Origin: Chrysomallon squamiferum | Taxonomy: Eukaryota > Animalia > Mollusca | Direction of reading: 5' to 3' | NCBI GenBank assembly: GCA_012295275.1 | Contig: CM022671.1 | Location: forward strand, 18,042,001-18,106,000 | Length of the DNA: 64,000 nt | Shown here: in pieces, positions 23,844 to 37,403 of the stretch | How the letters are laid out: each line of letters opens with the position of its first letter | Position numbering within the stretch: position 1 is the stretch's first letter | Notes under the pieces: model-generated | What the model saw: the letters and a program-made list of their open reading frames with translations, nothing else | The model's database searches: none | Told to the model about the DNA's origin: nothing | Made by a program: the position numbers and the translations under genes

Positions 23844-25589
23844 ATGCCCGCTGCACAGGACAGAGATGTAGTAGAAAAATTTGTTAAATTAGTTAGGAGT
23901 AATCCAGTGCTCTATGATACGTCTGCACCAGATCGTAGGTATGGACAACTTCTTCATAATACCTGGGCCAATATTGCCAAAGCAATGGGCAACACCAATA
24001 TGAATGGTAATGATACACTTATTATTTTTTGGGTGTGCATGTTCTTATTGCCGACAAATACGGCATTTCTGAAAACGAACTGGTCAGTTCCGTGTGTACA
24101 TGTGTGTGTGTATTTTATCTGTTGAGTCCTGCATTCGTATGAAGAAGAAGAAAAAAAATCGCATTTAGTATCAGAAAGAGATTCAGTGTTAAAAAGTAAT
24201 TGAATCATGTTTACAAGTTTTTTGTGGGTTTTTTAATCTCTGTTAGGTGACGGTTGGAAAAAGAAGTGGACCAGCCTTAGGGATACCTACATTAGAAGAA
24301 AGAAGGAGAGTTTGAAAAGAGACAAAGCAGCCAGTAATAAGAAGCAATGGGTGTTCTTCAACATCATGTCATTTCTTGATGACTTCATTGAACTGAAAAG
24401 GTAAGTGTAAAATTTATTATATTCCTTATCTTGTTTTCACTACCTTACATATTTTATTCAGGCAAATGCATTCTACCACTATCCCACTAATAGCTACTGT
24501 ATTCAACATATCAGTTTTACTACCATACCCTTTAGTTTTTCATTTTTAATATTGCATATAAATTATGTAAAAATGAAAAGAAGAAAAAATCCCATTACTA
24601 ATAATTATTATTTTGACACTCTTAACTATATTTCAGCACAGAAAATAACATTCATGACCACTCATATGAACAAAATGAGGAGTCTGAGACAGATGTATTG
24701 GAAAGCCCATTGGATGGAGAAAGGTGAATTTACATCTATTGTCTAAAGTTTCAAGGCATTCATGAAAATTACATCTCATTTCAAAATTAAATGCTGTCAG
24801 CCATCAATTGTCTGTTTGAATTTGTCATAACACATTCCCACAACATTTTGCTAACCTGTAGCTTAAAAGCCTTGGAGACACATTCTCTTGTTTTCAAGAA
24901 ACTTAAACCTTTAAAAATATACATGAAAAACTTCTTAAAATATTAAATATTATTGCTAAATGCTAAAAATATTCTAATTATTATACTTTTAACTGTGTCT
25001 GACAGTCTTGCAAATATAGTGGAATGCAGTACTGGTAATTATGAGGCTGATAATTAAATTAGATAAAAATAATTATGATATTCATAATTTATAAAAGGTG
25101 CTGTTTTTCAGATCATGCGTTGTTTGTAACTGCACTCAACAGAGTGGAAAGAAGCGGAGAAGAGATTCAGATAGCTCAGTCACGTGTGCATCCTGCAGTC
25201 AAGAGAATTCCCACATCCTGAACATTATCCCCTTAAAGAGGCAGACAGAAGAAGTGTCAAGCGTAGACCCTGACATAAAAGAGCTGATCCTTGATATTAA
25301 AAGAAGTCACTTTGCAGCTGAAAGGGATCCCGAAGGAGACAAGGCTTTCTTTGAGAGCTGCAGTCGCAGAATGAAAAAACTATCTGCTCAAACACGCTCT
25401 TTTTTAAAACTGCAAATTTCTCAGCTATTCTTCAATGCTGAAAATCCAACCTTGCCTCCTTTGGGCATCACTCCTCTTCTACCCGAGTCTGATTTTCAAT
25501 CCAGCAGTTTTACATCAACATACTCAGCAGTCCAAAATCATCATGATACCATTACAAAAAACAATGAACATAAATCACATTTGACTTAA
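23844..25589 (+). CDS. MADF (Myb/SANT-like) plus BESS-like domain protein, 4 exons
   Basis: Exons 23844-24006, 24247-24400, 24637-24723, 25112-25589 join in frame. MADF pattern FVKLVRSNPVLYD..TWANIA..KKKWTSLRDTYIR..WVFFNIMSFL; C-terminal DKAFFESCSRRMKKLSAQTRSFLKLQISQLFF resembles BESS. Confidence 0.88.
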
Positions 25590-26714
25590 AAATGTTTTCT
25601 TTGTCATTCTTGTAAGATAAAATAGTGTAAAATGTTTGATCGTTTATGGCCTATTAAATGTTTCAGCTTTACTTTCGTATTTTATGTCTTCATTGGTCAG
25701 ATAGGTGTGAGTGGATGCATTCATTTGGACAAAACTAATTTTATTATTTAATTTAATGTCCTTTAAAACAGAATTTTAAATAACTAACCTTCCGTTTTAT
25801 GTTAGATTAATGTTAGATTCAAATCAATTTCTTTTGTTATGATTGACAGTGAGTGACCATGAAAAATATTTCAGAAAAAACATAGATACGATGTGGAATG
25901 GAGGCAGATTTAGTATCCTGTTTGTTACTGAATATGTTTCAAACAGAGAAATACTGTATAAAAAGCAGACACAGTTAAATTCAGTGACATCAAAATGATA
26001 GGCATAAATTCATTCAGTCAGAAGTTACAGTACATATGAAAGTGCTATAACACCCAAAGAATGTTTATCCATTAAATTTTCAGTTGTTTTACTATGAACT
26101 TTTTCTAGTTTCTTGTGATCTCATGTGAAATATGTTGCATGCAGCAGTTATTTTTAGAAATATATAAAGCAAAAGCAACCCAAGTCTCTGTATATGCAGT
26201 GTAATGTAATATCTGCATGTGTTTGTATGTCTGACATGGGTTTATTGCTTTTGCACATAGGTAGAATGTCTAAATTCTTGTATTTTGAAAGCAAGATTTT
26301 TTTTTTTTTAATAACCTATTTATCTGTGAAACTGTAATTTAGATAAAATTGAAATGATGTGTGGAAATGAAACAACTTTATTTTTCATTTTGTTTTGGTT
26401 AGTTTTAAAAGCCATATATTAATTCATTTATTGATTTGTTATCATTTTATTATTATTATTATTATTATTATTGTTGTTGTTGTTGTTGTTGTTGTTCTCG
26501 AGGTTCTTATTATTAATCCTGTGTTATTATTGTGATTTTTACTTATGTTGTGTTTGATAATAACGACTGCTTCAAAAATATTGAGAAACAAAAATGTGAA
26601 GACAAGAAAAGCTGAAAGTCGTTTGCAAAATGAAAAATTAAAAAATTATGGGTTTATAAAATCACTTTGTTCATAACATTCGGAATTACGAAATTAAACG
26701 AAAATATGCGAATA

Positions 26715-26724
26715 GGAAAATCCC
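26715..26724 (-). promoter_or_regulatory. NF-kB (kappaB) site upstream of the kinase
   Basis: GGAAAATCCC reads GGGATTTTCC on the minus strand and fits GGGRNWYYCC; it lies 75 bp upstream of the ATG at 26799. Confidence 0.55.
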
Positions 26725-26798
26725 AAATTGTTAAAAATAGAACAATAACGCCATCTAGAGTTATCGAGACACAGATAAAGCTGTACAGTCAGAGAAAT

Positions 26799-27142
26799 AT
26801 GACGACTGGAGCTACTCGTAATCATTTTTACAGTCAAAACGATTGGCTAGGTCTTGGAGCAACATGTGAAGTATATAAAGGAATTTCAAAGGTAATTTAA
26901 AATATTTAAATAAATCGTTTTGAGTTTAGCTTATGGCCCCTTTTTTTAAACAGAACAATTAAAACAAATTGTAAAACTTCCGCCTTCCGGGACGTAGGTT
27001 TCGTTTTCGAATATCTGCTGTTTAAACGTTTTAGGTATTTCATCGATTAATATGTGTGTAGTAGTATTAATTAAATCAATTTAAAGAATGAGTGCCGATC
27101 CCACATAAAAAGATATCATAATTTCGAATTTATATTTTGAAT

Positions 27143-27187
<45 letters not shown>

Positions 27188-27212
27188 CCCTTGTTACAGG
27201 ATCTAATGAAAA

Positions 27213-27243
<31 letters not shown>

Positions 27244-27398
27244 TAATAAATATTAAAAATTAATTGTTGCTTCCCAAGTTAGAAAAACTTAGCTGAAAAA
27301 TACAATTCCTTTAATATCAAAGTTACTATTACAGCTACATATATTAATAAAACTTAGCATTTTTAGCATTGTTATTACAATTAGTAACAATACGGTTG

Positions 27399-27433
<35 letters not shown>

Positions 27434-30400
27434 GTTATTGTTATTGTTATTATTATTGAAATTTGATTGACCTTTCTGAAACTTAAACATTTTGTAATTT
27501 ATACATTAAAGGATGGAGAGATTCGGGCACTCAAAGTGTTTATGTCCCGAGCAGATCTTGATCTGAGTCGTGAAATTAATGCACTGAAAAATCTTAGGCA
27601 TCCAAACATCATCAAGTTTTTTGGCATAGAAGAGGAGGTAAGAATGAGTTGTTTAATCATAAAATAAATCTCTAAAAATTAAAAGATTTTAAAACATCTA
27701 AAAAATAAAAATCTCCAGGCCTGGGAACAGTATTACTATTAAAATACTGAAATACCTAGGGCAATACTGCACAAGCCAAGATGGTAAAAATTTTGAAGTT
27801 AAGCTGGTATGAAGACAAGGAACCAGGCAGTTGGTGAGGCAGTCATGATATCCATTCTGAAAATAAGTAAATGGCTGCAGACCTACAGGTACAGTTGCCA
27901 GATAAAATCCATCAAGTTAGCTGTATCCCACCATGGGAACCATAACTGCACAATGTAAAGATCTACACAATGATCCAACATCTTATCCCTGGAGAGGAAC
28001 ATAGTATGGCATGTAAACAAGTTCTGAAAGTATCCATGACTGATGAACACTAAGTACCCAGAGACATCATGGATGCATGTATACACTGATGAAACTGCGA
28101 CAAATGCAGTTGACAGTAGAGGGCTGGAATATATATCTGGAATATAGACCCTAGTGGCTATCGAGAGGAGGCACATTTCCTACAGGGAAACACTGCACAA
28201 ACTATGCTGCAGAGGCTGAGGCTTTCATTCATGCTGCCAACATCACCAGCACTAGAGAGAACTGCTCACATGGCAAAACTAGAGGATAATTGGGTGTCAT
28301 ATGAAAAGATGAAATCCCAAATTAAATTTCTGTGTAGACCTCCCAAACAAACTGCTGACTATTATCTGCTATCCCATCATGAACAAGTCATTTAAGACTG
28401 GACACAACAGGCTTAACCAGCATGTGCGTAAGGGCTTCCAGCTGTAATCTTCTACCATGTGTCACTGTGGCGAAGCAGACTAGACGACTGAACATGTCAT
28501 CCAAAAATGCATAAAAACCTACAGCAGATGAGGGAGACTACCTGGACAACTACAACAACTTTCCAGAAGAAGCTCTATGGCACGAGATGTGATTTACAGA
28601 GAACAGTAAAGTTCACAGTCACAGCTGGCCTTGACGAGTAATCAACAAGCAATTGAACCCCTCCCCCCAAAACACCAACTGCTTTTGTTATTTTTAACAT
28701 TAATATTATTGTAGTTTTAAGGAGAATATTCACTTTATTTCTTCATATTTTTAATTTTAATTTAGGGTTTGTCTTTTGGAAGCTATTATTTTATAATAAA
28801 AAAATACTTCTTTTTTTCCCCCGTCTTTTGATATGTCTCTCTGTCTATTCATCTATCTATCATTCAGTTAATCCATCAGTCCATCCATCCATCTTTATGT
28901 CCATCTATCTGGATGTCTGTGCCTCTGCCTTTTGATGTCACTAACTAGCTATCTGTATGTTTATATCCCTGTCTGTTTCTTTGTCTGTCTGTATATCTAT
29001 CTGCCTGTTAATCTGTCTACCTATCAATATATATTGTATCTGTCTGTCTGTCTGTCTATGCATCTATGTATCTATCTTTCTGTCAGACTGTCTGTATGTG
29101 TGTATATCTGTCTGACAATCTTTCAGTCTGTCTATCATTTGTTTATTTGAACTGCAGCTAGGGTCAGGGAAGAGGGTGGTGGTAATGGAATACTGTGAGG
29201 GAGGAAGTCTCCTAGATTTGATAAACAAGCCAGAAAATGCATATGGCATTGATGAAGATGAATTTCTTTTGCTGTTAAGTCACTTAGGTATGTAGATAAA
29301 ATTAAACCATAATGTTTGAAAGTGCATATACATAATAGTAGATTAACTGATGAATGTGCTTGTTATTTTTATTGAAACATCGCAAGCGATAATGTTACAT
29401 TAGTCGACAAACAATGCAGGAGAATATATTTAGAATAATTAATAAGAATCCTTCAAACTGAACATCTTTCACCATGTTTTGTCACCATTATAAAAGAAAA
29501 AAATATATGTAAATCTTTTGTTTGATTTTTATATTAATATTAAATGTTAGGGTTAAATTAAATGTACCAGGTAGCAAGAACTTCTATGTAAAAAGTTATT
29601 TTATAAATGAATTAATTACACAGTAAATATACAGTTAATGTTTACCATGCTTTCTAGGCAAATTTTATCATGTTGATGATGATGATGATGATGGATTATT
29701 ATTATTACTGTTATTAATAGTGATTTTAATAAATAATTAAAATATATTTTTATTCTATAAATAAAACCTGCCTTTCTAGATGTATTATCATGGTATCATC
29801 ATCATCATCATCATCATTCTCATCATTTTTATATTATGATTAGTATTTCAAATGTATTTTTTAATTTTACAGTTGCAGGAATTAGACATTTCAGACAAAA
29901 AGGATTCATACACAGAGACTTAAAGCCAGCAAACATTCTCAGAAGTATTGACGATGAGGGGCAGTAAGTCTGTTTATTTATTTATTTAATGTTTGTTTAT
30001 TTCTGTTGTTTATTAGTTTATTTAATTATTTAATTATAATTTATGTGTTAGTTTGTGTGTTTATTCATTTGGTTAATTTTATATTCATCTTCAGTGGATG
30101 TTTTTTTACTTCCATTTTCTTTTTTAACAAGAGCAAGGCATAGCTCAGTAGTATATACATCAGCTCAAATTACAATGGGTCATCATCAGATCAGTCCCTC
30201 TTGGTAGACTCGTTAAACTGTTATCTTGTTCTGACCAGTGCTCCACAACTGGTGTAATAAAGGCCATTGTATGTAGTGCCATGTCATTAGAATGATTCAT
30301 CTAAAAGATCCCTTACTTCTGAAAGAACAGTCCATGAAATGTTGGCGGCAGCAGGTTTCTTCTCTTGCTGTGACCAATCACACTGATTCAGGTCTTAAGT

Positions 30401-33400
30401 TCCATGGCCACATATTGAGCTTTAGCCAATAATCATAGAGTTATACCAAATGTTATTTTAGTATTTTAGTTCAGGATGAAGTTGATAGATGTTAAGGGAG
30501 GTTTTACAACATTTTTTTTAATGAACACTGTTATTGGCAGGATGACATAATCAAATGCCAGCATATTTGTATTTAAATGTATCAGGGAAACAAATGGATG
30601 AATGAGGTATCAAAATGAAGCTTACAGAATCTGAAATCTGAAAATGTTCACAACTCTGATCTGCCAGAATGTGACTTAAGACCATGCTTAGATGTGTTGG
30701 GTCACATATGTCTGATATTAAATAAAGTGTGTTGAGTTAGTTGTTAAATAAAAACATTTCCTTCCTTCTTGTGTTTTCAGATCTGTGTACAAGCTGTCGG
30801 ATTTTGGAACGGCTAAACCACTGAATGATGATGAATTCTTCCAGTCTCTTGTGGGAACTGAGGAATATCTGGTGAGTGAAAGAATATCTTTAATGTTAAT
30901 CATACCACCAGTAAAAATATCACACATCTCTTCAGTGGTTTAAGAATAATCAAAAAATTATATTTTGAATGCTGCATGTTACCACTTCTATACTGAAATG
31001 TTTTATATTGAAAACTTATTTTAAATACACAGTTATTTAAATATTAATATTTATTTGATGCTATTGCAAAAAAAAAAAAAACCCTTTCTTAAAAATGAGG
31101 ATGTTACTATATTGTTTTAGATGGTAATGAAGAAGAGATATATAGAAATTAATTATTAAATATAAATACAAAATTAGTTTAATTTATTTCTTAATTAATT
31201 TTTTGCTATGAACTTTATCTAGTTTGTCAGTTTTTAGAGTCAGATCTAATATAGTCATCAGAATATAGATTTTGATTTTTGTTTTGATCATAAAAATGTA
31301 AAGGATCATCAGAATCCATCATATGATTAAAAAGAAAAGAAATTATTATGGTAAATTATTCAGAAATTGTATTTTTTTTTTTTTTTTTTAAATGAGATTA
31401 TAAAATTTATTATTGACAATATTTATTTATTTATTTATTTTTTTTTTTTTTGACAATATTTGTGTTTTGTTTTAAAATGTACATTTTGATTTAAATTGGG
31501 TTTATACATTTGTTTTAATGGCTTCTACTGAAATACTGTTTTCTGTTCAGCACCCAGATATTTTCAAAGCAGCTTTCTTTGACCGAGATCGCAACCATAA
31601 GTTTGATACGTCTGCTGATCTGTGGAGTTTGGGTGCTACCCTTTATCACTGTGCCACAGGAAGAGTTCCTTTCAGACCGTACAGTGGCAGGGCAGACAAA
31701 GAAAAAATGTATGCTAATATTATTTACATTGAAAAATAGGTGTGGCAGAGTACATCTCTTTGATAAAACTATTATATCAGTCCTAAGAGGTATATGAAGC
31801 AAACAGAAAGGAAAAAGTCTTTATATCTATATATAGATAGATAGATATAAATAAATATAGATATGGATTTATATATTTAAATATATTAAATGATGTATGA
31901 AGAAAAATGTAATATAGAATTTTTTTTTTTTTATGATTATTGTTAATGAAAATAATTTTGTTTTAAAAATGAAATTTTATTCAGATTTATGATGTGGTAA
32001 AAAATAAAAGTAAAAATTATAAAATAAAAATATTCATTCAATATTTAGTTAATGAATAAAATGCACTTTAAGATGAAGTTGTTCTCGATGAGCCATGTTA
32101 TTCGATTCTTAGACTAATTGCATAACTTGATTTTTTTGTTGTTGTTGCTTATTTTGAGGAAAGAAAATCCCCTATATAGATCATTTAACATTTATTTAGA
32201 ATTAGATTCAATACATTTAGTAAACCAAACCAAAGAGAAGGGATTTTTTCTATCAGATCTAAGAGTTTGATTATTATTTTGTGAATTTGTAAGAACTTTT
32301 GTTGACAGTACATCATACATCAGTTTTTACTACAGTTTACAGAAAAATATTAATAGGATTATTATTATAGGATTTGTCTGTTGATGGTATATACCATGCA
32401 TTTGAAAGCAGACATATTTAAAAATAAGTGTTTCTTTTTTTTTAAACATGAGTTATTATTTTAAGGCACATTGCCATTCAGATTCTACTTGGACATTCAG
32501 TTTTAAATTCCTGTTACAGGTTTGAGATGATTTCTAAGAAGCCTGATGGTGTTATTTCTGGAATCCAACTAGCATTCAAAGGAGAGGTCAAGTGGTCAAA
32601 AGAACTACCAGACCTGTGTCCATTTTCATTGTAAGTGACCAGAGTTTAATCATATCCTGATGACAACAGCACCAATTATGCATTGACCACTGCCACAGTG
32701 CTGTTTATAACTTTGTGGTTACTGTTATTATTATAAATGTTATTGTTATTTATTTATTTATTATCATCAGTTCTAGTGCTTCTAGTACTACTACTACTGC
32801 TACTACTGTTTTTAATTATTATTTTTATCATTATTATTACTACTACTACTGTCATCCTCATTATCATTATTATTATTATTTTTATTATTCAGTTCATTAA
32901 AGAAATGTTTGACAAAGGTAATGGCATCACTGTTTGAAACAAAATCCCAGAAGCCATATACCTTTGATAACTTCTTTACTGACATGGATAACATTTTGGA
33001 GAAGGAGGCTGTCATAGTTCTGAAAACAACATCAACAACATCACCGTTCACCAGAATTTACCACGACACAAAAAACGGGTGATTTTTAGTTACTATAGAG
33101 ATTTAAAACTATCGTTAACTAATTTTGAAATTTAAAAAAATATATATTCTAAAAGCAAACTTATAATACGGTTATATTAATTCTGAAACATTTCTTTATT
33201 GTATTATAACAGCAGTAAGAACAGTAATAACAACAACAATATTAGTCTACATGTCTGATCCTTAATATGATACTGCAGATACGAAGTTATAATGTAATTC
33301 ATTATTTTATAATATTGAAATGCCTTGGATATCCAACTATTATGTTTATAATTTATTTAATTTTTTCTTTTTTTTTTTTTTTTTTTAAGCTTGAAAGATA

Positions 33401-36400
33401 TTCAGGAAGTTTTAGAAACTGAAACTGAGATCAAAATTTCAAATCAGAAGATTTTTCACAGAGGAATTTGCATCACAGACACTCAAGCACCTGGTGGTGA
33501 TCTCCAAGACAAGATTCGACCATTCACCATGTTGCATCCCATGATTCTCATTGGTCACCATGACAACAGTGAAATGTCAGTCAGCAGTGATCCATATATG
33601 GCTGAGCTGTCTGGTAAGGATAATTAAAACATTTTAATGACATGAGAGCTCTGATCAGTAATTATAAAATTGGGTTTATCACAGTTTGGCATTTCTTATG
33701 ATAGTACTAGATCACACAGACTGATTTTCTTTCATTAAATTCGCAAGACTTGAAAGAAAAGCCAGTCACATGTTTACATAATTTTCCCAAACAACAAATA
33801 GTGCACATTTTAATACTGATATACAAATTAAGGAGCCCATTTTGGAATGGGAAATGACCAAATAGAAGACTGAAATTTGTGACTTGTTGTTTGTCTGTTC
33901 ATTAGATGAGTACTTTATGATAGGTTTACTGCTGTTCCAGTATAATGGTTGTAGGTAGAAGTGACAATATTGATTAAAGTACAGCAATAATGGTTGTGGG
34001 TAAAAGTGATGATATTGATTAAAGTTCAGCAATAATGATTGGTGATGGCAATGATTATAATCACAGTGGTTATGATGATAATGATTATGATGACAATTGT
34101 TGTGGTGATGGTGATGAAGACCGTTGTGATGATGATGATGATAACATAAATGATTGTGGTTTATTTATAATATCTTTAATATCATGATCACAGAGAATCC
34201 AGTGAACTTTGCATCCACCTGTCAGCCAGATATTGATTACAAAATGGCCAAAAAGTGTAGAGACCAAGTCGCTCTGCTTCGTCGACAAGTTGAGAAACTC
34301 TCTGTCAGCCAACAACACATCATACAGTTGAGAAGTCAGCTGAGGTATTTGTTTAATAATGTCATCGTTTTTTACAACAGAATTTACTTCAGTCCAAAAA
34401 CTGGGTTCTATTCCATAAAAGAATATTATAGCACTCACATAAATATTCAGAATGAAGTGTTAAATATTAAAAAATATATTTGTATAAATATAAAATGTGT
34501 GTATATATACGGTCAGAAAATGTTTTACACATTAAGATGAGAGCAACAGAATATTTTAGTTTTTCTTTATCTGAAAATGTTTTGCAAAATAAAATGTGAA
34601 TATAAAATTAAATTTTTTATTTGCTTTTCTTTGGCAGAACAGTTGTGCTATATAGAAAGTTAATATCAGTATGAAAATAAATAGTGAATTTATTTTTGAT
34701 TTTGTTTATGAAATAAAATATTAGTATAAAATAAACAGTACATTTGCTTTTGTGAAATAAATATTACTGAATAAAATGCCAAGATACTGGTAAAAATAGA
34801 TGCTGTATAAAAGCTGTTTGCTATAAGACTTTTACAAAATAAAGTAACACTATAAATATAAATGGTATATTTGCTTCTGGTTTTCCATTTGGCAGAAGTA
34901 AAATGCAAGACTCCATCAAAACATACATGTTAAAAGCAGAGGCTGTGAGTGAGATTTATCAAAAGTTCAGAAACACTGTTGAGAGTATTGGCCACCATGA
35001 GAACTTACCAGCTTCTTTTGACAAAACAATGGAACAGGTGAAGCCTTCCAGACAGTTAATTGCTCTTTAAGATTGTTCATTCAACATAAAAAACGTTTTG
35101 CTTTATGAATATTCATATACTCTAATACTGTGCTTTTTAAGTCCCCCATTTCAAATACTGTTTCAAGATTGGGGTCTCCAGGTTAAACTTTATAGTATGA
35201 CAGAAACATGATGAATTATGTAGTGCAGTTATAAGCATATATATGTTATATATGTTATATATAGGTTTTACAAATGCCATGTATTCTCATTGTGTCATTA
35301 TGTTATCCAAATAGAGAATCAGTCTTCATATTGACCTTTTATCAAGAGAGAGAAAAAATATGAGATTCTAAAAACAAATTAAAAACAAAATTTCAGAATT
35401 ATGGAAAAACTGTTTTGTAATAACATTCCTTATCCATGTGTAAGAAACCATAGAAAATGTGGACTTAAAATGTTTCAAATTCATCAGTAAACCTGTACCC
35501 TGATTTAAAAATGTTTCTAATGAACATTTCTGGTATTTCAGATAGCGAGAGAGCTGGACTTGCACAAACAGGGCTGTGAGAAGAAGTTTGTTGGTTCTCA
35601 GGATGGAAGTTTAGAAGAAAACAACTGGTGTTTTGAAGGCAGAACATGGTTTGTTGGTCTTTAATTCATATTACAAAAACATGCAGACACACAGAGTTTT
35701 ACAAAAAGAAAGGTCAGTGTCCTCTAAGCAGTGCGTTTTTGGGTGTGTTGTTTTTTGTTTTTTTTTGTTTAGGGACATTGCTTCACATTCATTTGGGTAT
35801 GGCCAGGGTGTATTAAAATTAAGGATTTATGATGAAAAAAGGGATTGCCATATTTTATATTAAGACTTAAGACATTCTGTCCTGAACTCTGCAATGAATT
35901 TACCTGAGATATAATAGGTTACAGGATCAAACCCCAGCAGTACTTCAGTTAGGTTGTTCCTGTCACACAGGTTACAGATCTGGTGGTAGCTTATTGTAAG
36001 TCACAGAATCAGTAGAGGATTTACCTACGACATAATTGTGTTTTAGGATCAACCCCCCCACATAGCGCTTCAGTTAGCTTACAGCAGGTTACAAATCTGG
36101 TTAGAGTCTACGGCCACTTGGTGTCAGGTCTAAGTGACTTATGTTTTTCTTCTCTTCATAGTATCAGCAGATTCACGAGGTGGTTGGATGTTTCCAAATC
36201 TCTCTGTTCTAATTTTAATGGACGCCGCGATAGAAGAAGAGTATCAAGTCTTGATGAAAGAATGTCTGCAGTTGAAAAGTATGTTTATAATAAATACTGA
36301 AATTTGCATACGGAAATGTAAAAAAAATATAATCGATTATGTTGTGATATGTAGTTAATTAAATTATGAAAATATAATTTTTTTCTAACTTTATTATCAT

Positions 36401-37367
36401 GCCATTCTAATTGAAAAGAAAAAGTTTTAGATAATATTTTAATAAAATTTGTTCTTAACTGAAAATTTCTTTCTTCTGTTTTGTTACTTTTAAAAAAAAA
36501 AAAAATAATGAACTGTTTATCAGCATATTTAAAAGGAAATTTTTAAAGTTATGCTTTAGAGTTATCTCCCATGATACCTTCAGCTAATGCATTTTTCATT
36601 GGCTAATCTTCACAGGAAGCAGCTGAAAGAACAGCTGGCTAAATGTACCTCTCACTGGACAGATCATTGTCACAGTAAAACTAAGTTTCTTTTTGACAAC
36701 TTTAAGGAATGGGTTAAGTAAGTTTTTATTTATTTATTTCTTTGTTTTATTTTATTTTTTTCTTGCTTCATAAATTCTTCTAACATTTTATGACAATAAA
36801 TTAAATGTTTATGATTAAATAAATGTTTAATACTGAAATTAAGATTTTATCTTAATTAACTTACTGTGATGAAATTGATCATAATTAATCATCAGGTGTG
36901 TTTTAAAGCACTTTTACGAACACTTTTATTTGCAATAAACCTCATTTTCTGGGATATGGTCAGAATCTTTTGCCAACTTTGTCAACATCTGCCAGCACAA
37001 TTAGTTTTAGAAGTAACAGGAAAACAGAGGACGCCTGATGAGGTATCAAATTGAAGCTTATGGAGTCAAGAATCTGAAAATGTCTAACTCATATCACCCA
37101 AAATGTAGCTCAAGTTCTTGTTTGATATATTGGTTCACCTATTTTTTCACCTATTGTTAATTTTATTTATTATTAACAGACATTATTCTGATGCTGCAAA
37201 AAATCTAGAGGAGACACAAGAACATCTTGAAAATGCAAAGATGTTGCTGATGCAGTTGATAACACAGGTCATTCCAGTGAGTAAATATAAAATTATGTAT
37301 TGATGTCCAACATATTTATTTTATTTACTAACAAATGAAATAAATCTTGAAATAATAAAAGATTGCC

Positions 37368-37403
<36 letters not shown>

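Noticed and set aside
28204-28395. 63-aa ORF in kinase intron 2
   Set aside because: Part of the decayed LINE fragment, not a kinase exon; the kinase frame closes without it.
30130-30200. tRNA-like head sequence
   Set aside because: No complete cloverleaf; it is better explained as a SINE head.
35633-35863. [13 protein letters not shown].. as a kinase exon extension
   Set aside because: Out of frame with exon 12. Splicing at 35648 gives a continuous scaffold-domain frame.
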